Assembly (NCBI GenBank): GCA_951406725.2
Contig: OX597820.1
Coordinates: 62,744,001-62,808,000 of the forward strand
DNA length: 64,000 bases
Direction: 5' to 3'
DNA from: Octopus vulgaris
Lineage: Eukaryota
Positions 13,717-27,859 of the stretch are shown piece by piece. The notes below the pieces were generated by a model that saw only the letters and a list, made by a program, of their open reading frames with translations, made no database searches and was not told the DNA's origin. The position numbers were made by a program, and so were the translations under genes. The stretch's first letter is position 1; every line of letters starts with the position of its first letter.

Positions 13717-15046
13717 CATATATATATACATACATACATACATATATATATATCTATATATACATATATATACATATATATATAAAGAGAGAGAGAGTGA
13801 AAGGTAGATGTAGATATATACACACATATATATAAATATATAATACATATATATATACATGGATATTTGTAATTTTATATGTATTAGCATATCTATCTAT
13901 CTATCTATTTATCTATATAAATATATAAATGTATATATATATATATATATTAATATATAGGATCTATGCAAACATTCTATTGCACAGAAGTATATTTGAC
14001 AAATAAGCTCATAGATATATGAGTATGTAGATGTATAGACGCACAATTACCTACGTATGTGGTTATATGTTAATCAATTTCCAAATATTTTTATGCACTT
14101 TGTTATATGTAGATGCCTGATTAAAACAAATACATCCTTTGCAGTTCTGACGAGACGTGTTCCAGTTAATTTATGTTCATTGAATAATAGTGTTAGTGTT
14201 ATGAGAGTATATCAGAGACACGTATATGCGTAAGGTAAATATGAGGCAAAAACCAGACCGCAGTTATTTGTGACACACCTGGATGTACATTTGTCGTACA
14301 GGAAATGATTCGAAGTTTACGTGTACTCAATTTGTTAGCAGGCCTCGATTCAATCCGAGATTTTCTCACTTGAAGCAGAAGAGTGCACAGGAAGGTGAAA
14401 TCATACACTGATATTTGTGGATGACACCCGAAATTATACAAATACCCATCTGTTATGGACACATATCCGAGCACACAACAAATCACATACGCTTTACTTA
14501 TGGCTATTCGTCGCATTATTTCTCTTCATTGTGGTTGTCCATCTTGTGATGGTTATTTTTATCGAGCAGCTGGAACGTATATGCTTAAAGCGTGTCTTCA
14601 ATGACAGAGGACACGCCGTGGCGGTAGTTCATGCAAATACCGACGACTATTTCGGTATTCTAGACTAACGAACAAATTTGCATGTGGGCAAAAGAAATAA
14701 TATGCAAAGATGCGACTTAGAGCGAAGATATCACTTATACTTGCAAGAGAGTGCTAGTTTATTAATTGCAGCTGCAAGTTACAGGAGTGTGCGGGAAATG
14801 CGATTTGTCGGTGATTCCTATAAATATGGTGGCCATAACTTGATATTTGTCTGAATGTATAATGATTTTCTTAAACTCCCTTCTAACTCCTTTCTAACTC
14901 ACTGGAGAGCAAATCAGTGGAGAAACGCGTCGGAAACAGCTGCAGTGTGCTGCAACCCATCTGAGGTTATATATATATGCATACACACACACACGCACGC
15001 ACATATATATATACACACACACATATATATATGCATATATATACAT

Positions 15047-15113
<67 letters not shown>

Positions 15114-15205
15114 TGTGTCTGTGTATGCGTGTGTGCGTGTATGTATGTATGAATGTGTGTGAGCGTGTGTCTGTGTGGGTGTGTGTATATCTGAATACGT
15201 GTATA

Positions 15206-15258
<53 letters not shown>

Positions 15259-16207
15259 AATATATACAAAATGGGACAAGAACGCAAAACATCCAGACAG
15301 TTAGGTGATACACGAAAGGGACAGCAAAGCAACCACGATACAAAAAAAAACAATGACGGGTCATTCGGAGTTTTCTTTCTTCAGTCGTGTTCTAGATTAT
15401 TTTTGCAATTTCGGCTGATTATACTCGAGATTGTTCCAATCTGGCCAGGTCTAAGGAAAAACTAAGCTAAGAGCATTAGATTCCTTGGAAGAAAGTAGCG
15501 AATGTATACGAAAACAAGGACGGCAAAAACTGAGAAAGTTACACAAATACAAATAACAGGACATAACAACAGGAGTCTTTCGACTAAAGACGAATTAAAT
15601 TAAGCTGGCGTATGTGGAAGTGAAGCCTTACGGATACAAGATTTCACAGGCACAGGGCAGAATATAGATGTTGCACGGACAGTGCACATGTTGTGTTTGT
15701 GAGTGTGTGTGTGTGTACGTGTGATTGTTTATACATACGTGTATAGGTGTGCGTGCGTCAGTTTGCAATATGTATATATGTATGTCCGAGTGCACTGAGT
15801 GCATGTCATTTTGTCTGCCCCTGTACCATTTGACAACCGGTGTTGTGTTGTTTACGAAACATAATTTACCGGTTTGAAGAAGAAGAAAAGGAATAAGCAC
15901 TATATTTTAAAAATAACTATCGGCTTCTCTATGTTTGACTAATATCCTACACGCCAAAATACCAGCATGGCTGTAATCAAATGATGGGCAAACATGAAAG
16001 ATAAAACACCATATAAAATATAGCAGCCCATAAACTCTAGCGTAGGCGTATACATTGAACCAAAAACAGACTGTCTAGAAGACAGATAAATTATATAGTA
16101 ACATATAAGGCACATTCGAACTAAATATAATTAAGAACATATGTTACTAAGGCTATAATCATATGTATAAATTATTATATATAAATATAGTCATGTGTGT
16201 ATATCGA

Positions 16208-16330
<123 letters not shown>

Positions 16331-16354
16331 GTGTATATAATAATGATAATAATG

Positions 16355-16427
<73 letters not shown>

Positions 16428-16498
16428 AATGTGACAACAAAAGAATGAGACCTCGATAGTAGGTAAATAGAGGGCTATTTATATATGTATAACATTAA

Positions 16499-16788
16499 GT
16501 TGCTATTATAGTACTCAGAGTTTCGGATGTCAGAGTATGTATGTATGTAAGTATAATTTAGGGCAAAGAATTAGTTGTTATTGTAGTACTTGGAGTTTCG
16601 AATGTCGGAGCGAAGAACTACGATGCTTAATCGTCGGCTATTAACGGCAATAGACGCTACGAAAAACCGTTGAATAAATGGGAAGTTACTCTATTGCCAC
16701 AAATAGCCGATGGAATGCATCGTAGCTTTTCGATCCGACATTCGAAACTTTGAGTCCTACAACCACAACTTACGCTTTTCCCTAAATT

Positions 16789-16800
<12 letters not shown>
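16499..16800. mobile_element. Fold-back element with a hammerhead motif in each arm, plus a partial tandem copy
   Basis: About 16540-16642 is the reverse complement of about 16702-16800. Plus 16704-16759: tag CCGATG GAATG...CATTC GAAAC tttga GTC cta. Minus 16584-16640: tag CCGACGA...CATTC GAAAC tccaa GTA cta. 16499-16536 repeats 16573-16610. Confidence 0.7.
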
Positions 16801-16819
<19 letters not shown>

Positions 16820-16978
16820 CATACATACATATATACATACATACATACATGCTTACATATCATTATTAATAAATTTCAGGGTAGGAGAAAAATTTATTTA
16901 GAAATGTTTTGCTACCAGTGGTCTAGCGAGAAGAAAAAACTAGTAAATAGACTATATATTATTCATATTCAATGTACA

Positions 16979-17125
16979 TTTAAGCACATAAGAGATGGCC
17001 ATGATAGGACATCTGACCCGCTAGAAGGAATACTTAAAATCTAAATCCCTAATAGTGGTTTGAATTTTAACTACTCCTTCTAGCGGGTCAGATGTCCTAT
17101 TATAGCCATCTCTTACGTGTTTAAA
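16979..17125. repeat. Short inverted repeat or MITE-like hairpin
   Basis: taagagatggccatgataggacatctgacccgctagaagga pairs with tccttctagcgggtcagatgtcctattatagccatctctta. Confidence 0.8.
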
Positions 17126-17138
17126 TTTTAAATGTACA

Positions 17139-17172
<34 letters not shown>

Positions 17173-17189
17173 AGAGAGAGAGAGAGAAA

Positions 17190-17246
<57 letters not shown>

Positions 17247-17753
17247 GTATATGTACATATCCGTATATAAAGGTATAATATTCAGATAGAAGAACATATA
17301 TGTGTACGCAAAAGTATAACTCTATTTATGAAGTTACACAAACATACACATAAACGTACCTAAAATATGTGTGATTCTATAATTAAATAATACTACAAGC
17401 AATCACATGAACAAACTAACCATGCTCTATACTGACACAGATATGAGATGCGTATATTCATATGTACGCATTTATAACTGATACTTGCTATCGCATATCA
17501 TATTGTATTAGAGTAATTATATGTGTATGATGAATATATTGTCCCATTTTAAATATAAATGTGATAGATATTATTCGTATTTATTTCTCTCTCTCGCTGC
17601 ACACATCTTCAGCGATATCTCGCGATGTCCCTCACTCTGTCACTGTCTCTGTCTCTCATATACATATACACACACACATATGTGCACGTATGTATATATG
17701 TGTGTGTAAGTAAGTATACATATATATATATGTGAAAATATCTGTGCGCATAT

Positions 17754-17794
<41 letters not shown>

Positions 17795-18424
17795 AACACA
17801 TACATACACACATATACGCATATGCATGTGTGTGAGTGTGTTTATATATATATAGACATATATTTATATTAAATCATATATATATATATATGTATGTATG
17901 TATGTTTGTGGATGTGTGTGTGCGTGTCTTTGTGTGTGTGTATCTGCGTCTGTGTGAGTGTGTGTCTTTAATTACATGCAATTTTATGGTGTCTGTGTTT
18001 GATTCTGACGACATTGTGAAATTCTTCTCGATATTTCATCCGGTAACCAGCTGCCCTGTTCAATATATCTGTAATTGAAATATAGGATGGTGAGTGTATA
18101 ATGAAGTAAAATACACGCACTTATACACACATAAGTACACATACAGACACGCACACCAAACCACTCAAACGCACGGACGCGCATATATTAGCACACGGAA
18201 ATTTCGATCTGTAATATGCGATGATAAACAAGAAAGGTAAAAGCATCTGCGAGACAAGATTCTAGAGAGATAGGAGCTTACTGATATATATCCTGCACAA
18301 ACACACTCGTAGACCTATTCTTCAGTAAATGCACGCGTTCTCGTACAGGTAGTTTATTGATCTTTATACACACAAGTTTATGTTTAGCAAGTATAACGAA
18401 AAGATACAGACGTAAGTATATACT

Positions 18425-18800
18425 TTTCTAATATAGGCACAAGGAAGAAATGTTTTTTTTTTTTGGGGGGGGGCATTCGAGAAGATCGGCGCAAGCACGC
18501 AACTGATACTTAATTTATCAAGCACGAAAGAATGAAAGGCAAAGTCGACATCGGCGGAATTTGAACTCAGAACGTAACGGCAGACGAAATATCAATTTCT
18601 TTACTACCCACAAGGGGCGACACACAGAGAGGACAAACTAGGACAGACAAACTGATTAAGTCGATTATATCGACCACAGTACGCAACTGGTACTTATTCA
18701 ATCGACCCCGAAAGGATGAAAGGCAAAGTCGACCTCGGCGGAATTTGAACTCAGAACGTAACGGCAGACGAAATACGGCTACGCATTTCGCCTTGCGTAC
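18425..18800 (-). mobile_element. Two tandem Meta-type SINE copies
   Basis: aaggcaaagtcgac.tcggcggaatttgaactcagaacgtaacggcagacgaaata occurs at about 18536 and about 18721. Confidence 0.8.
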
Positions 18801-18889
18801 TCGCCGTCTTAAATACATAAGTATATAATTACAATTGTATTTATAGATTTTTACGGACATAGGTATAACTTCATGTATGTATATATTGG

Positions 18890-19102
18890 TTTCAAATTAT
18901 GGAACAATGCTTGAAATTTAGGTTTGGTGAGTAAATCGGTTACATCGACCCCACTGCTCAACTGGTACTTATTTTATGAATTCCGAGAGGATGAAAAGCA
19001 AGGCAAACTTTGGTGGAATTTAACCTCAGAAAGTAATGAAGGACAAAATGCCGTTAAGCATCTTCCCGGCGCAATGAATAGATTGTGCCATATCGCCGCC
19101 TT
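18890..19102 (-). mobile_element. Meta-type SINE, diverged
   Basis: cgaccccactgctcaactggtacttattttat...gtggaatttaacctcagaa...tcgccgcctta. Confidence 0.65.
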
Positions 19103-19128
19103 ACCACACACACATATATATATTAATG

Positions 19129-19192
<64 letters not shown>

Positions 19193-19203
19193 CGAATACA
19201 CAG

Positions 19204-19302
<99 letters not shown>

Positions 19303-19621
19303 CGACATCCATATCCCCACCACCACAACCCTCACATATCCCACACTACTACACCACACCGCAACACATATACGCACCTTCGTTTTGAGATCACCAATAC
19401 TTTATTTGCTCCCCTTCTTTCAACCTCTCCTGTCAAATCTTTTTTTTCTAACTAGCCCCCATGCTTGTCAGCTAAATCCACAAGTTTTATTTTTTCTCTT
19501 ATTTCTTTCTGTTGAAGAGCGTAGGCTCGAAACGTAAAAGACTTTTTCACTTTCCTGACCATCAAACTAATACACCTGCTTGTTGTTCGTACACTTGTTT
19601 TCATCTTCTCTACATTTTAAC

Positions 19622-19677
<56 letters not shown>

Positions 19678-19681
19678 TACA

Positions 19682-19732
<51 letters not shown>

Positions 19733-19760
19733 TTATCATTATACTCATATTATTATTATA

Positions 19761-19897
19761 AGGTTGTCCCAAAAGTTCGTAGAAAGTCTTGGAAAATAAT
19801 GGCCTTTATTTTGAGGAATAATTTTTGTTGTTTTTGTTAGTACTTGGCGAGTAAAAATTCAATTTTCGCAAGTGTTTACGAACTTTTGGGACAACCT
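19761..19897. mobile_element. Tc1/mariner-type MITE
   Basis: Perfect 21-bp TIRs aggttgtcccaaaagttcgta / tacgaacttttgggacaacct in a TA-rich context. Confidence 0.8.
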
Positions 19898-19902
19898 AAT
19901 AG

Positions 19903-19963
<61 letters not shown>

Positions 19964-20249
19964 CTCACGTTGTATCGAGACAATTGTAATTTCAGAATTA
20001 AAAATAGTACCATAAATTACAGTGTTTGTTTCAGTATATCCATACCTGCGACTAATATACTTGGCCAGGAATTTCAACTTTTAATTATCGTTTTCCTGTT
20101 AAAGATAAAGTATCTACATACATGCAGTCGATAACAAGAATTTACAGAAGTATTTCATAAGAACATAGCTCGGATATTAATCCATTTGTATGTCATATAC
20201 TGCCGTCGTTGATTCGTCCTCTTCGTTTTTGTGTAGTTCATTCTGAGTC

Positions 20250-20690
20250 TGCATTGCCGAATTTATATAGACGAGTAATTCCGTATCCATCCCTCAATTC
20301 ACCATGTGCGTCACATGGTGAATTCATATGTGTGTCTATATAAATTCGGAAATGCCGTTTCTCTTATATTATTATGATCGATGTCGCTAGATCGAGCGTA
20401 TATAAGTTTTATTAGCATTTTCAAATTTATAATCTTGAATGTCATGCTGAAGAAGGAAATGAATTTTTACACAATTCTAATCCCGAAACGCGTACACGAT
20501 TAACTAAGGGCTGGTTAGTTTCGTTATTTTTCTTCTTTTTGTTTATGTGAGCTACTATTCCTGTCTATGCAGCTATATTGTAGTAGAAGAATTAGTAGTT
20601 TTGACTGCTATCTCTAAATTTCGGTATGTGGTGAAGCAACTTTTGCTGATCCCTTAATTATGTTTATAATTATAAACCTAATATCTATTA
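20250..20690 (+). mobile_element. Hammerhead-bearing non-coding repeat (Penelope pLTR/retrozyme-like) with a short 5' inversion
   Basis: Homologous to about 38690-39065. Hammerhead 20441-20500: gtcatg CTGAAGA AGGA...TCCC GAAAC gc GTA cacgat. 20250-20308 is an inverted copy of the 5' end. Confidence 0.75.
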
Positions 20691-20812
20691 TATATATATA
20701 TATATTACACATAAATGCCTCACACTAAGAGGGACAAAGTCATTACTACCAAAATTATACTAATCATACCTAAATGCAGTTTTTCAAAGCAAGACATTTA
20801 AAAAATGAATTT

Positions 20813-20870
20813 AGTTCTGTATCACCGTGATTTCACATTCAACTTACGTCTTATGATCCTCAGCAGAACT
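20813..20870 (-). ncRNA. Type I hammerhead ribozyme motif (mirror copy)
   Basis: Exact reverse complement of 21420-21477. Confidence 0.8.
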
Positions 20871-21419
20871 GATTCTGAACACATCATAAATAAACTACCA
20901 ACCTTACGTAGCGAAGACGAACAGACATCTGCTCACTCCGGCCAAGCACATGGAATGTTTATAAATCATATATCCGGTAAATGGCGGGCTTTTACGAACT
21001 GCATGTCGGGTAATAAAAAGTATTTCGGAATAAGTTTAACAATTGAGGATAACCTCTTAATAAGGAATCTTAACAAGAAATTATCGGGTAGTTAGCGTGA
21101 AAACCTCATAAAAGAAAAGAATTCGAAAATAATTTTTTTCTTTTGAACAAATTAATTATATCTATATTGTATAGAGGGCATTATTACACATAAATGCTTC
21201 ACCCGATAATTTCTTGTTAAGATTCCTTATTAAGAGGTTATCCTCAATTGTTAAACTTATTCCGAAATACTTTTTATTACCCGACATGCAGTTCGTAAAA
21301 GCCCGCCATTTACCGGATATATGATTTATAAACATTCCATGTGCTTGGCCGGAGTGAGCAGATGTCTGTTCGTCTTCGCTACGTAAGGTTGGTAGTTTAT
21401 TTATGATGTGTTCAGAATC

Positions 21420-21477
21420 AGTTCTGCTGAGGATCATAAGACGTAAGTTGAATGTGAAATCACGGTGATACAGAACT
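21420..21477 (+). ncRNA. Type I hammerhead ribozyme motif
   Basis: agttctg CTGAGGA T CAT...ATG T GAAA tcac g gtga TA cagaact. Perfect 7-bp stem I, intact CUGANGA and GAAA, AUA cleavage triplet. Confidence 0.8.
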
Positions 21478-22339
21478 AAATTCATTTTTTAAATGTCTTG
21501 CTTTGAAAAACTGCATTTAGGTATGATTAGTATAATTTTGGTAGTAATGACTTTGTCCCTCTTAGTGTGAGGCATTTATGTGTAATAATGCCCTCTATAC
21601 AATATAGATATAATTAATTTGTTCAAAAGAAAAAAATTATTTTCGAATTCTTTTCTTTTATGAGGTTTTCACGCTAACTACCCGATAATTTCTTGTTAAG
21701 ATTCCTTATTAAGAGGTTATCCTCAATTGTTAAACTATATATATATATATATATATACTATTAAAATTAATATTGAATCTTACTTGCTTGCAACGCTACT
21801 CAGCCAAACTGGTGTATAATGGGAAAATACTATGAATTAAGTAGCCTGAAATGTAAATAAGAACGGAATGAAACAAATTTCGCGTAAATCAAATAAGTGG
21901 TGGTAGAGATATTAGACGTTTTCATAATGGGAAAAATCTCCGAAAATAATCTGCATCCAGAAAGGGAATAAACTCTTATCTTTCGATTAGACACAGTAAC
22001 TTAATGAAAAATTAAGATTCGTTTTTTTTTTTACAATAAACTAGCTGCCTCAGTGCCGTCAAAAATGACAGCTAGTTGTAGTATTTTATATATAAATAAG
22101 GTACGTAAGAATCACACATACAAACATTCAAATACTTCCCTTGTACACGTATTCACATATACACATATATAATCAGAGTTGAAACGCTATTTGATTTTTG
22201 CTTTCAGCGTTGAATAGTCACTCATACATATTGACATTCGCATTTTGCCATCACCACTTCCCTTCCTTCCTTATTCATCTCATTCACATATTGTGACGAA
22301 AAACAAAACCCCCCCCCAAAAAAAAAAACATGAGTATTA

Positions 22340-22548
22340 TTCTTTTCTACTCTAGGCACAAGGCCTGAAAGTTTTGTGGAGAGGGGCAGTCGATTAGATT
22401 GACCGCAGTATGCAACTGGTACTTATTTATCGACCCCGAAAAGATGAAAGGCAAAGTCGACCGTGGCAGAATTCGAACTCTGAACATAAAGACAAAGAAT
22501 CGTCAAGCATTGCGGCCGGCGTGATAACGTTTCTACCTGTTCGCCTCT
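22340..22548 (-). mobile_element. Meta-type SINE
   Basis: caactggtacttatttatcgaccccgaaaagatgaaaggcaaagtcgacc. Confidence 0.7.
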
Positions 22549-22985
22549 TTATGCAAGAGTATTATTATAGTAGAGAGAATGTTTCTATTTTCCCTTTTAT
22601 TGAACACAATACTTTAATCAATTAGAAGTATTTATAAGTGAATGTGATTTCAAAAGTGTAAGCTGTTTGTAGAGTAAGTAGCTTTTTTTAAACAGACAGT
22701 ATTTTCATGGTCTTTAAAATTATTTTCAAGTGAATACCATAGCAAAGTTTTTTGGCAGATTTAAAAATATTTTAAAGTGAAAATGACTTAAAAAATGCAG
22801 TAAATATTTCGAAAAAGACCCTGCTATACTCTTTCGCCACAATTTTCTCTCACTCTTTCTTCTGTTGGCCTGCTCGCTTAGCCAGCGGGGTGGCCTCAGT
22901 TGAAAGCTAAAACAATGCGAAGCGCATTATGACCAGCGATGTGTAGCAACATCTGATAGCCTGGTCCGTCACGGTGATCACAGTG

Positions 22986-23068
<83 letters not shown>

Positions 23069-23294
23069 TATAAGTGTGTGTATATATAGATACATACACA
23101 TGCATACGTACATACGTCATTCAGTGTGCATTTGCGTGAGCAAGCATGGCAATTCTTACATTCATAAATACATTGATTATATACAAACTATTATAACTTG
23201 TTCATACAGAAGTTTCTTTAGCCGCCGGGGATTAAGTGATTATGCACATACGTTCCTACGAGTGTTCCTGGGTATATGTGTGCGTACACACACA

Positions 23295-23357
<63 letters not shown>

Positions 23358-23905
23358 TCACACACATATATATACATATGTCATTACGTAACCACAAAAG
23401 GCTTGTTTATATGCGTTTCTATGTCTCTCTTACTGCCTCCGTGAGCGCACGCGTGTGCGTGTACGTGTGTGTGTGTATGTGTATGTGTGTGTGTGTTTGT
23501 CTATGTGAAAGAATTGTTTCAAAGCAGGTATTTAATGTCATCCGAATATCTGCAAGCTTACAAATTTAATATGACATTATTTTGGCTACACAAGACGCGG
23601 AAGGGAATATTTGGTCAACTGATACTACTGTAGCAACCGCTCTCAGCTTTTGGCTGTCAATCATTCGTTTTCCACTTTAATTCCGCTCCACAATCTTGAT
23701 ATTATTGTCTTAATGTCATTATCTACGCTAGCAACCTATCCGCCCCTACTGAAGCACATCATGATGTTGATAGCATCACAGGACATCACCATTAATCGTA
23801 ATTTCCCCGACCATATGTACAGCCTATTCTTTCTGAGATAGCTTAATTTAATACGATCTTTGATCTGAAAATAGCCGCCTACACATTTACATGTAGTTCA
23901 TAAAG

Positions 23906-23942
<37 letters not shown>

Positions 23943-25171
23943 ACACACACATAGATACATATATATAGAGAGCCAATGACTATTGAAAAGGTTGCCGGAC
24001 GCAACGAAAGTTTTAGAAATAATAAATAAGTAAATGAGTGGAAACAAAACCGGTGGTAGTGTTAAATAATAAGGCACTAAAAGAGAATGACTCTCTCCAG
24101 ACACAACAAAATATGCTTCTACACACGAACTCACATGAAGTATCTTGCAAACCAAGTCCCTGATTATGGTTATGTATATAACTATAGAATATTCTCTCTC
24201 TCTATATATATATATGTATACATATATAAATATATACATATATAAACATAATATAAAAATAAATATATATTTATAAATTATATTTATTTTTGTATAAAAT
24301 ATTATAATATGTTATAAAATATTATAATATGTTATAAAATATTATAATAATCCAAGTTTCTCGGGGCACTGGGCCACTTGGTGTTGAATAGGTATACTAT
24401 TAAATTAGTATCTAATTCTCTCACCCTTATTAATTAATTAAATACATATATAAACACATACACTTGTGTGTGACTGTCTGCACCTGTTTTGTGATTGTAT
24501 TTGTCTCCTATCAACGGTTGATAACCAATGATGGTATGCTTACATTCCTGTTATCAAGCTGTTCGGATATAAGAGACCGATAGAATAAGTAGTAAGCTTG
24601 GAAAATAAGTGTTGGTGTCGTTTGTTTGACTAAAACCATTCAAGGCTGTACTCAGGTTGGACGCAGTCAAAATGACTGCTCTCTATGTGTTATAGTTTTT
24701 TTATTGCTTGTTTTATGTTAGCATTCAAGAATAACGACAAATTTTAACTTCAGTTTTCGACCAATCCAGTTTTCGACAAAGAACCATCTATGTCTAGGTG
24801 CATAATTCATTATTGATGGAACATTTTACCGCCGATAATTAAATCTCTCCTTAATATAAATATCGACCGAATTTCCAAATATGCAAGCAAACACAACACA
24901 CACCGTTGGATACACAACCTTATAGCCATATTTTCCGCTCAAGCAGATGGTGGCGAGCTGACAAAATCGCAAGCATGTCGGCCGAGATGCTTAGTAGCAT
25001 TTCATCTGTCGTTTCGTTCTGAGTTCAAATTCCGCCGAGATTTACTTTATCTTTCATCCTTTCGTGGTCTATAAATTACGTAACAGTGAAACACTTTAAC
25101 CGTATGGTGCTTTATTTTACTGGAAATCAATACTCTTGCATTGCACTATTTAAAATTTTTCTTTTATATAT

Positions 25172-25460
25172 GTGGAGGCGCAATGGCCCAGTGGTTTGGG
25201 CAGCGGACTCGCGGTCGTAGGATCGCGGTTTCGATTCCCAGATCGGGCGCTGTGGGTGTTTATTGAGCGAAAACTTCTAAAGCTCCATGAGGCTCCGGCA
25301 GGGGTTGGTGGCGATCCCTGCTGTACTTTTTCGCCGCAACTTTCTCTCACTCTCACCCTGCGGGATGACGTCATTTGAAGGTTAAAACAATGCGAAGTGC
25401 ATTGCGACCAGAGATATGTAGCAACATCTGATAGCCTGGTCGGTCACGTGATCACGTGAT
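25172..25460 (+). mobile_element. tRNA-Arg-like SINE
   Basis: tRNA-like head ggcgcaatggcccagtggtttgggcagcggactcgcggtcgtaggatcgcggtttcgattccc (TCG anticodon loop, A and B boxes), ending in (tcacgtga) repeats. A partial copy lies at about 22818-22987. Confidence 0.8.
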
Positions 25461-25809
25461 ATGTGTGTGTTTGTGCGTTGATGTCTTTGTGTCTGTGTCT
25501 GTGTGTCTTTGTGTACTCGCGTATATATAAATATACAAACACATAAGCACAAGTGTATGTGTGTTTATCTTAAATCTTCCGACGCCTCTTGATCCCAAAA
25601 TTCCTTTATAGATTTTTCCAACCTTGTAAATAATTTGCTTTACTTCAGGTATTTGCATTGTTATCAAATACGTAGACCTACATGTTTTCGTTGTAGTGGC
25701 ACCACATAAATTCCTATTATACTTCATCATGATTAGAAATTATTTATGCTGTACTCAATGCACGTGGTATCAACCATCAACATCTACGCTTCATTATTTC
25801 TCCCCCTAT

Positions 25810-26035
25810 AAAGTGGTGAGCTAGCAGAATCGTTAGCACGCTGGGAAAAATGCTTAGCGGTGTTTCGTCTGTTTTCACATTCTGAGTTCCAATTCCACCG
25901 AAGTCGACTTTAATTTATTCCTTTCGAGGTCGATAAATTAAGTACCAGTGAATCACTGAGGTCTATGTAATCAAGTCAACTAGTCTCCTCTCCCAAAATT
26001 TCAGGCATTGCGCCTTTTGTAGAAATGATTATTTC
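25810..26035 (+). mobile_element. Meta-type SINE
   Basis: ggtgagctagcagaatcgttagcacg...ctttcgaggtcgataaattaagtaccagt. Confidence 0.75.
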
Positions 26036-26329
26036 TCTCTCAATATAAATATTTTAAAATCTCGAGTCACATAATTTCTCACAAATTATTCTTAATATTA
26101 TATTTTGGAAAGTCTGTAAGCTGATTTTTTTAGGTAGCCTGTTTTGTCTAGATAACAGTTCACATATGAACGCATATTTTACTAGTGAGGCATGTTTAAT
26201 TATCATATGAATCACCAACCTGTGTAATTTCCGTGCATAAAATCATTCCCATTGCATGAATTCTTTTCTTAAATGCTTCATTACATTTATATTCTGTAAC
26301 CTGTAAAAAGGTAACACAAGGACCTTCCA

Positions 26330-27240
26330 AGCTGTAACACTAAGACATTTTTAAGTCGGTAAAAACCATTACGAATGACTATCTGCTGTTGTATAATATT
26401 TTTGAATAAAATGTATGTCTATTATAACCTCGTGATTGTTGGAGCCCGCATATCTTTTATATTTACGATGCAGTCCATATTCTAATTAGGTTAACCAAAT
26501 GTAACCAAATCAAATTATCGCTGCTCAGGAATGTATACACGTCTTTTATAACATCATATGGCATCGAAATCACCTCATCGGCCTTCTACACTTCAGGGAG
26601 CTGCTTAGTATTTCATATATTACAAAAGAACATTAAGAATGCTCGTGGAGCCGACTCCTTATATTCTTTTCCATTTCTCCAGCAATTCTATGAAATCTTA
26701 AATTCTTTACACTTTTAAATGCTCGCCGTGACTTCTTATTTCTTCAATAGGTATTTCATGTTCAACTAATTGCAACTTCTCTTGTGATTCAGAAATTATC
26801 AGAGCATTTCTTCTTTAAACAACTTGTCCATATCGGTATAAAACGTTTTTTTTTTTCCGTATCTTATTCGTTTGCATCAAATTTTATTTGTTACCGTCAA
26901 TACTGAGCCCATGTAGTCTTTTTTTTTATACCTTTACCTTGCCTGTAATCACATTTTTTTAATTTCATAAACTCTTCAGATACCCCGATTGTTTTCTGCA
27001 TTGAGCAAGTTATAATGCTTCATCAGCTTTCCCTTCTAAGAAACTGTTATTATTTTCTTGACCACATTTTCCCCCTCTCTGAAAGGCACCAGTATTTAAC
27101 TGTTTCCATATTAAGATTCACCTTCTAACATCTCCAACTTTCAAAATTCGTTTTTGTACATTTCGTGCCTCAATATTTTCATGTTTCATATAAATTCCTC
27201 TTTCTTTCTCTTCTTTCTACTTTTGTTCTGCCCAAAGGAC
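26330..27240 (-). pseudogene. Possible ancient LINE reverse transcriptase remnant
   Basis: Purine-rich minus strand with broken RT-like motifs (IAGEM.K, VF.DLK). Many stops and frameshifts. Confidence 0.3.
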
Positions 27241-27776
27241 CTTGAGCTATATTCTAACATGCTTCCTTTAAAGACTTCCATACGTCATTGATGTCAAACT
27301 TTTCATCCATGGATTGAAGCTCAACAAATCGATTGTAACCCAATATTGCAAATTCATTTTAAATTCTATTACATTTCGTCCTCTATGCCTCAAATATTGC
27401 TTTCTATTACACGCATGCACTCGAAAACTCCCACGCTCACATGCATACAAGCGCGCGCGCTCACACACACATGCACATACACACTTATACGTACACACAC
27501 ACACACGTGTGAAGACATACATAATTAGAAGAGAGTGTAAATCTAAGAGATATCGTGAACATATTTAACAATTTCAGATTGCAAACTTCATTGGTAGATT
27601 CCCATGTATAACATTTCATCAGCGGCAAAATGCCTGTGTATTCACTCAAACAGAAAAATATTCATAAATGTTAATAAGAAAAAGATCGCACGCATACATA
27701 CCATGCACACACATACATACCTACGAACGTACGTACTTACATACATGCATACATACATAAGATAGATTGCTTGATG

Positions 27777-27859
<83 letters not shown>

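Larger units (their letters stand above)
20703..21736. mobile_element. Inverted dimer of a 479-bp circularly permuted hammerhead-containing unit (retrozyme-like)
   Basis: 20703-21200 is about 1.04 units (start recurs at 21182). 21201-21736 is about 1.12 units in the opposite orientation (start recurs at 21680). Copies are essentially identical and flanked by (TA)n. Confidence 0.9.

Noticed and set aside
16979-17125. Hairpin as another hammerhead fold-back or a pre-miRNA
   Set aside because: No hammerhead core on either strand and no evidence for miRNA processing; treated as MITE-like.
20805-21485. Twin 96/107-aa ORFs (MNLVLYHRDF...)
   Set aside because: Duplicated only because of the inversion; they run antisense to the hammerhead and show no recognisable domain.
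25172-25250. tRNA-Arg gene
   Set aside because: The tRNA-like head continues into a dispersed SINE body with several copies and has no proper acceptor stem.
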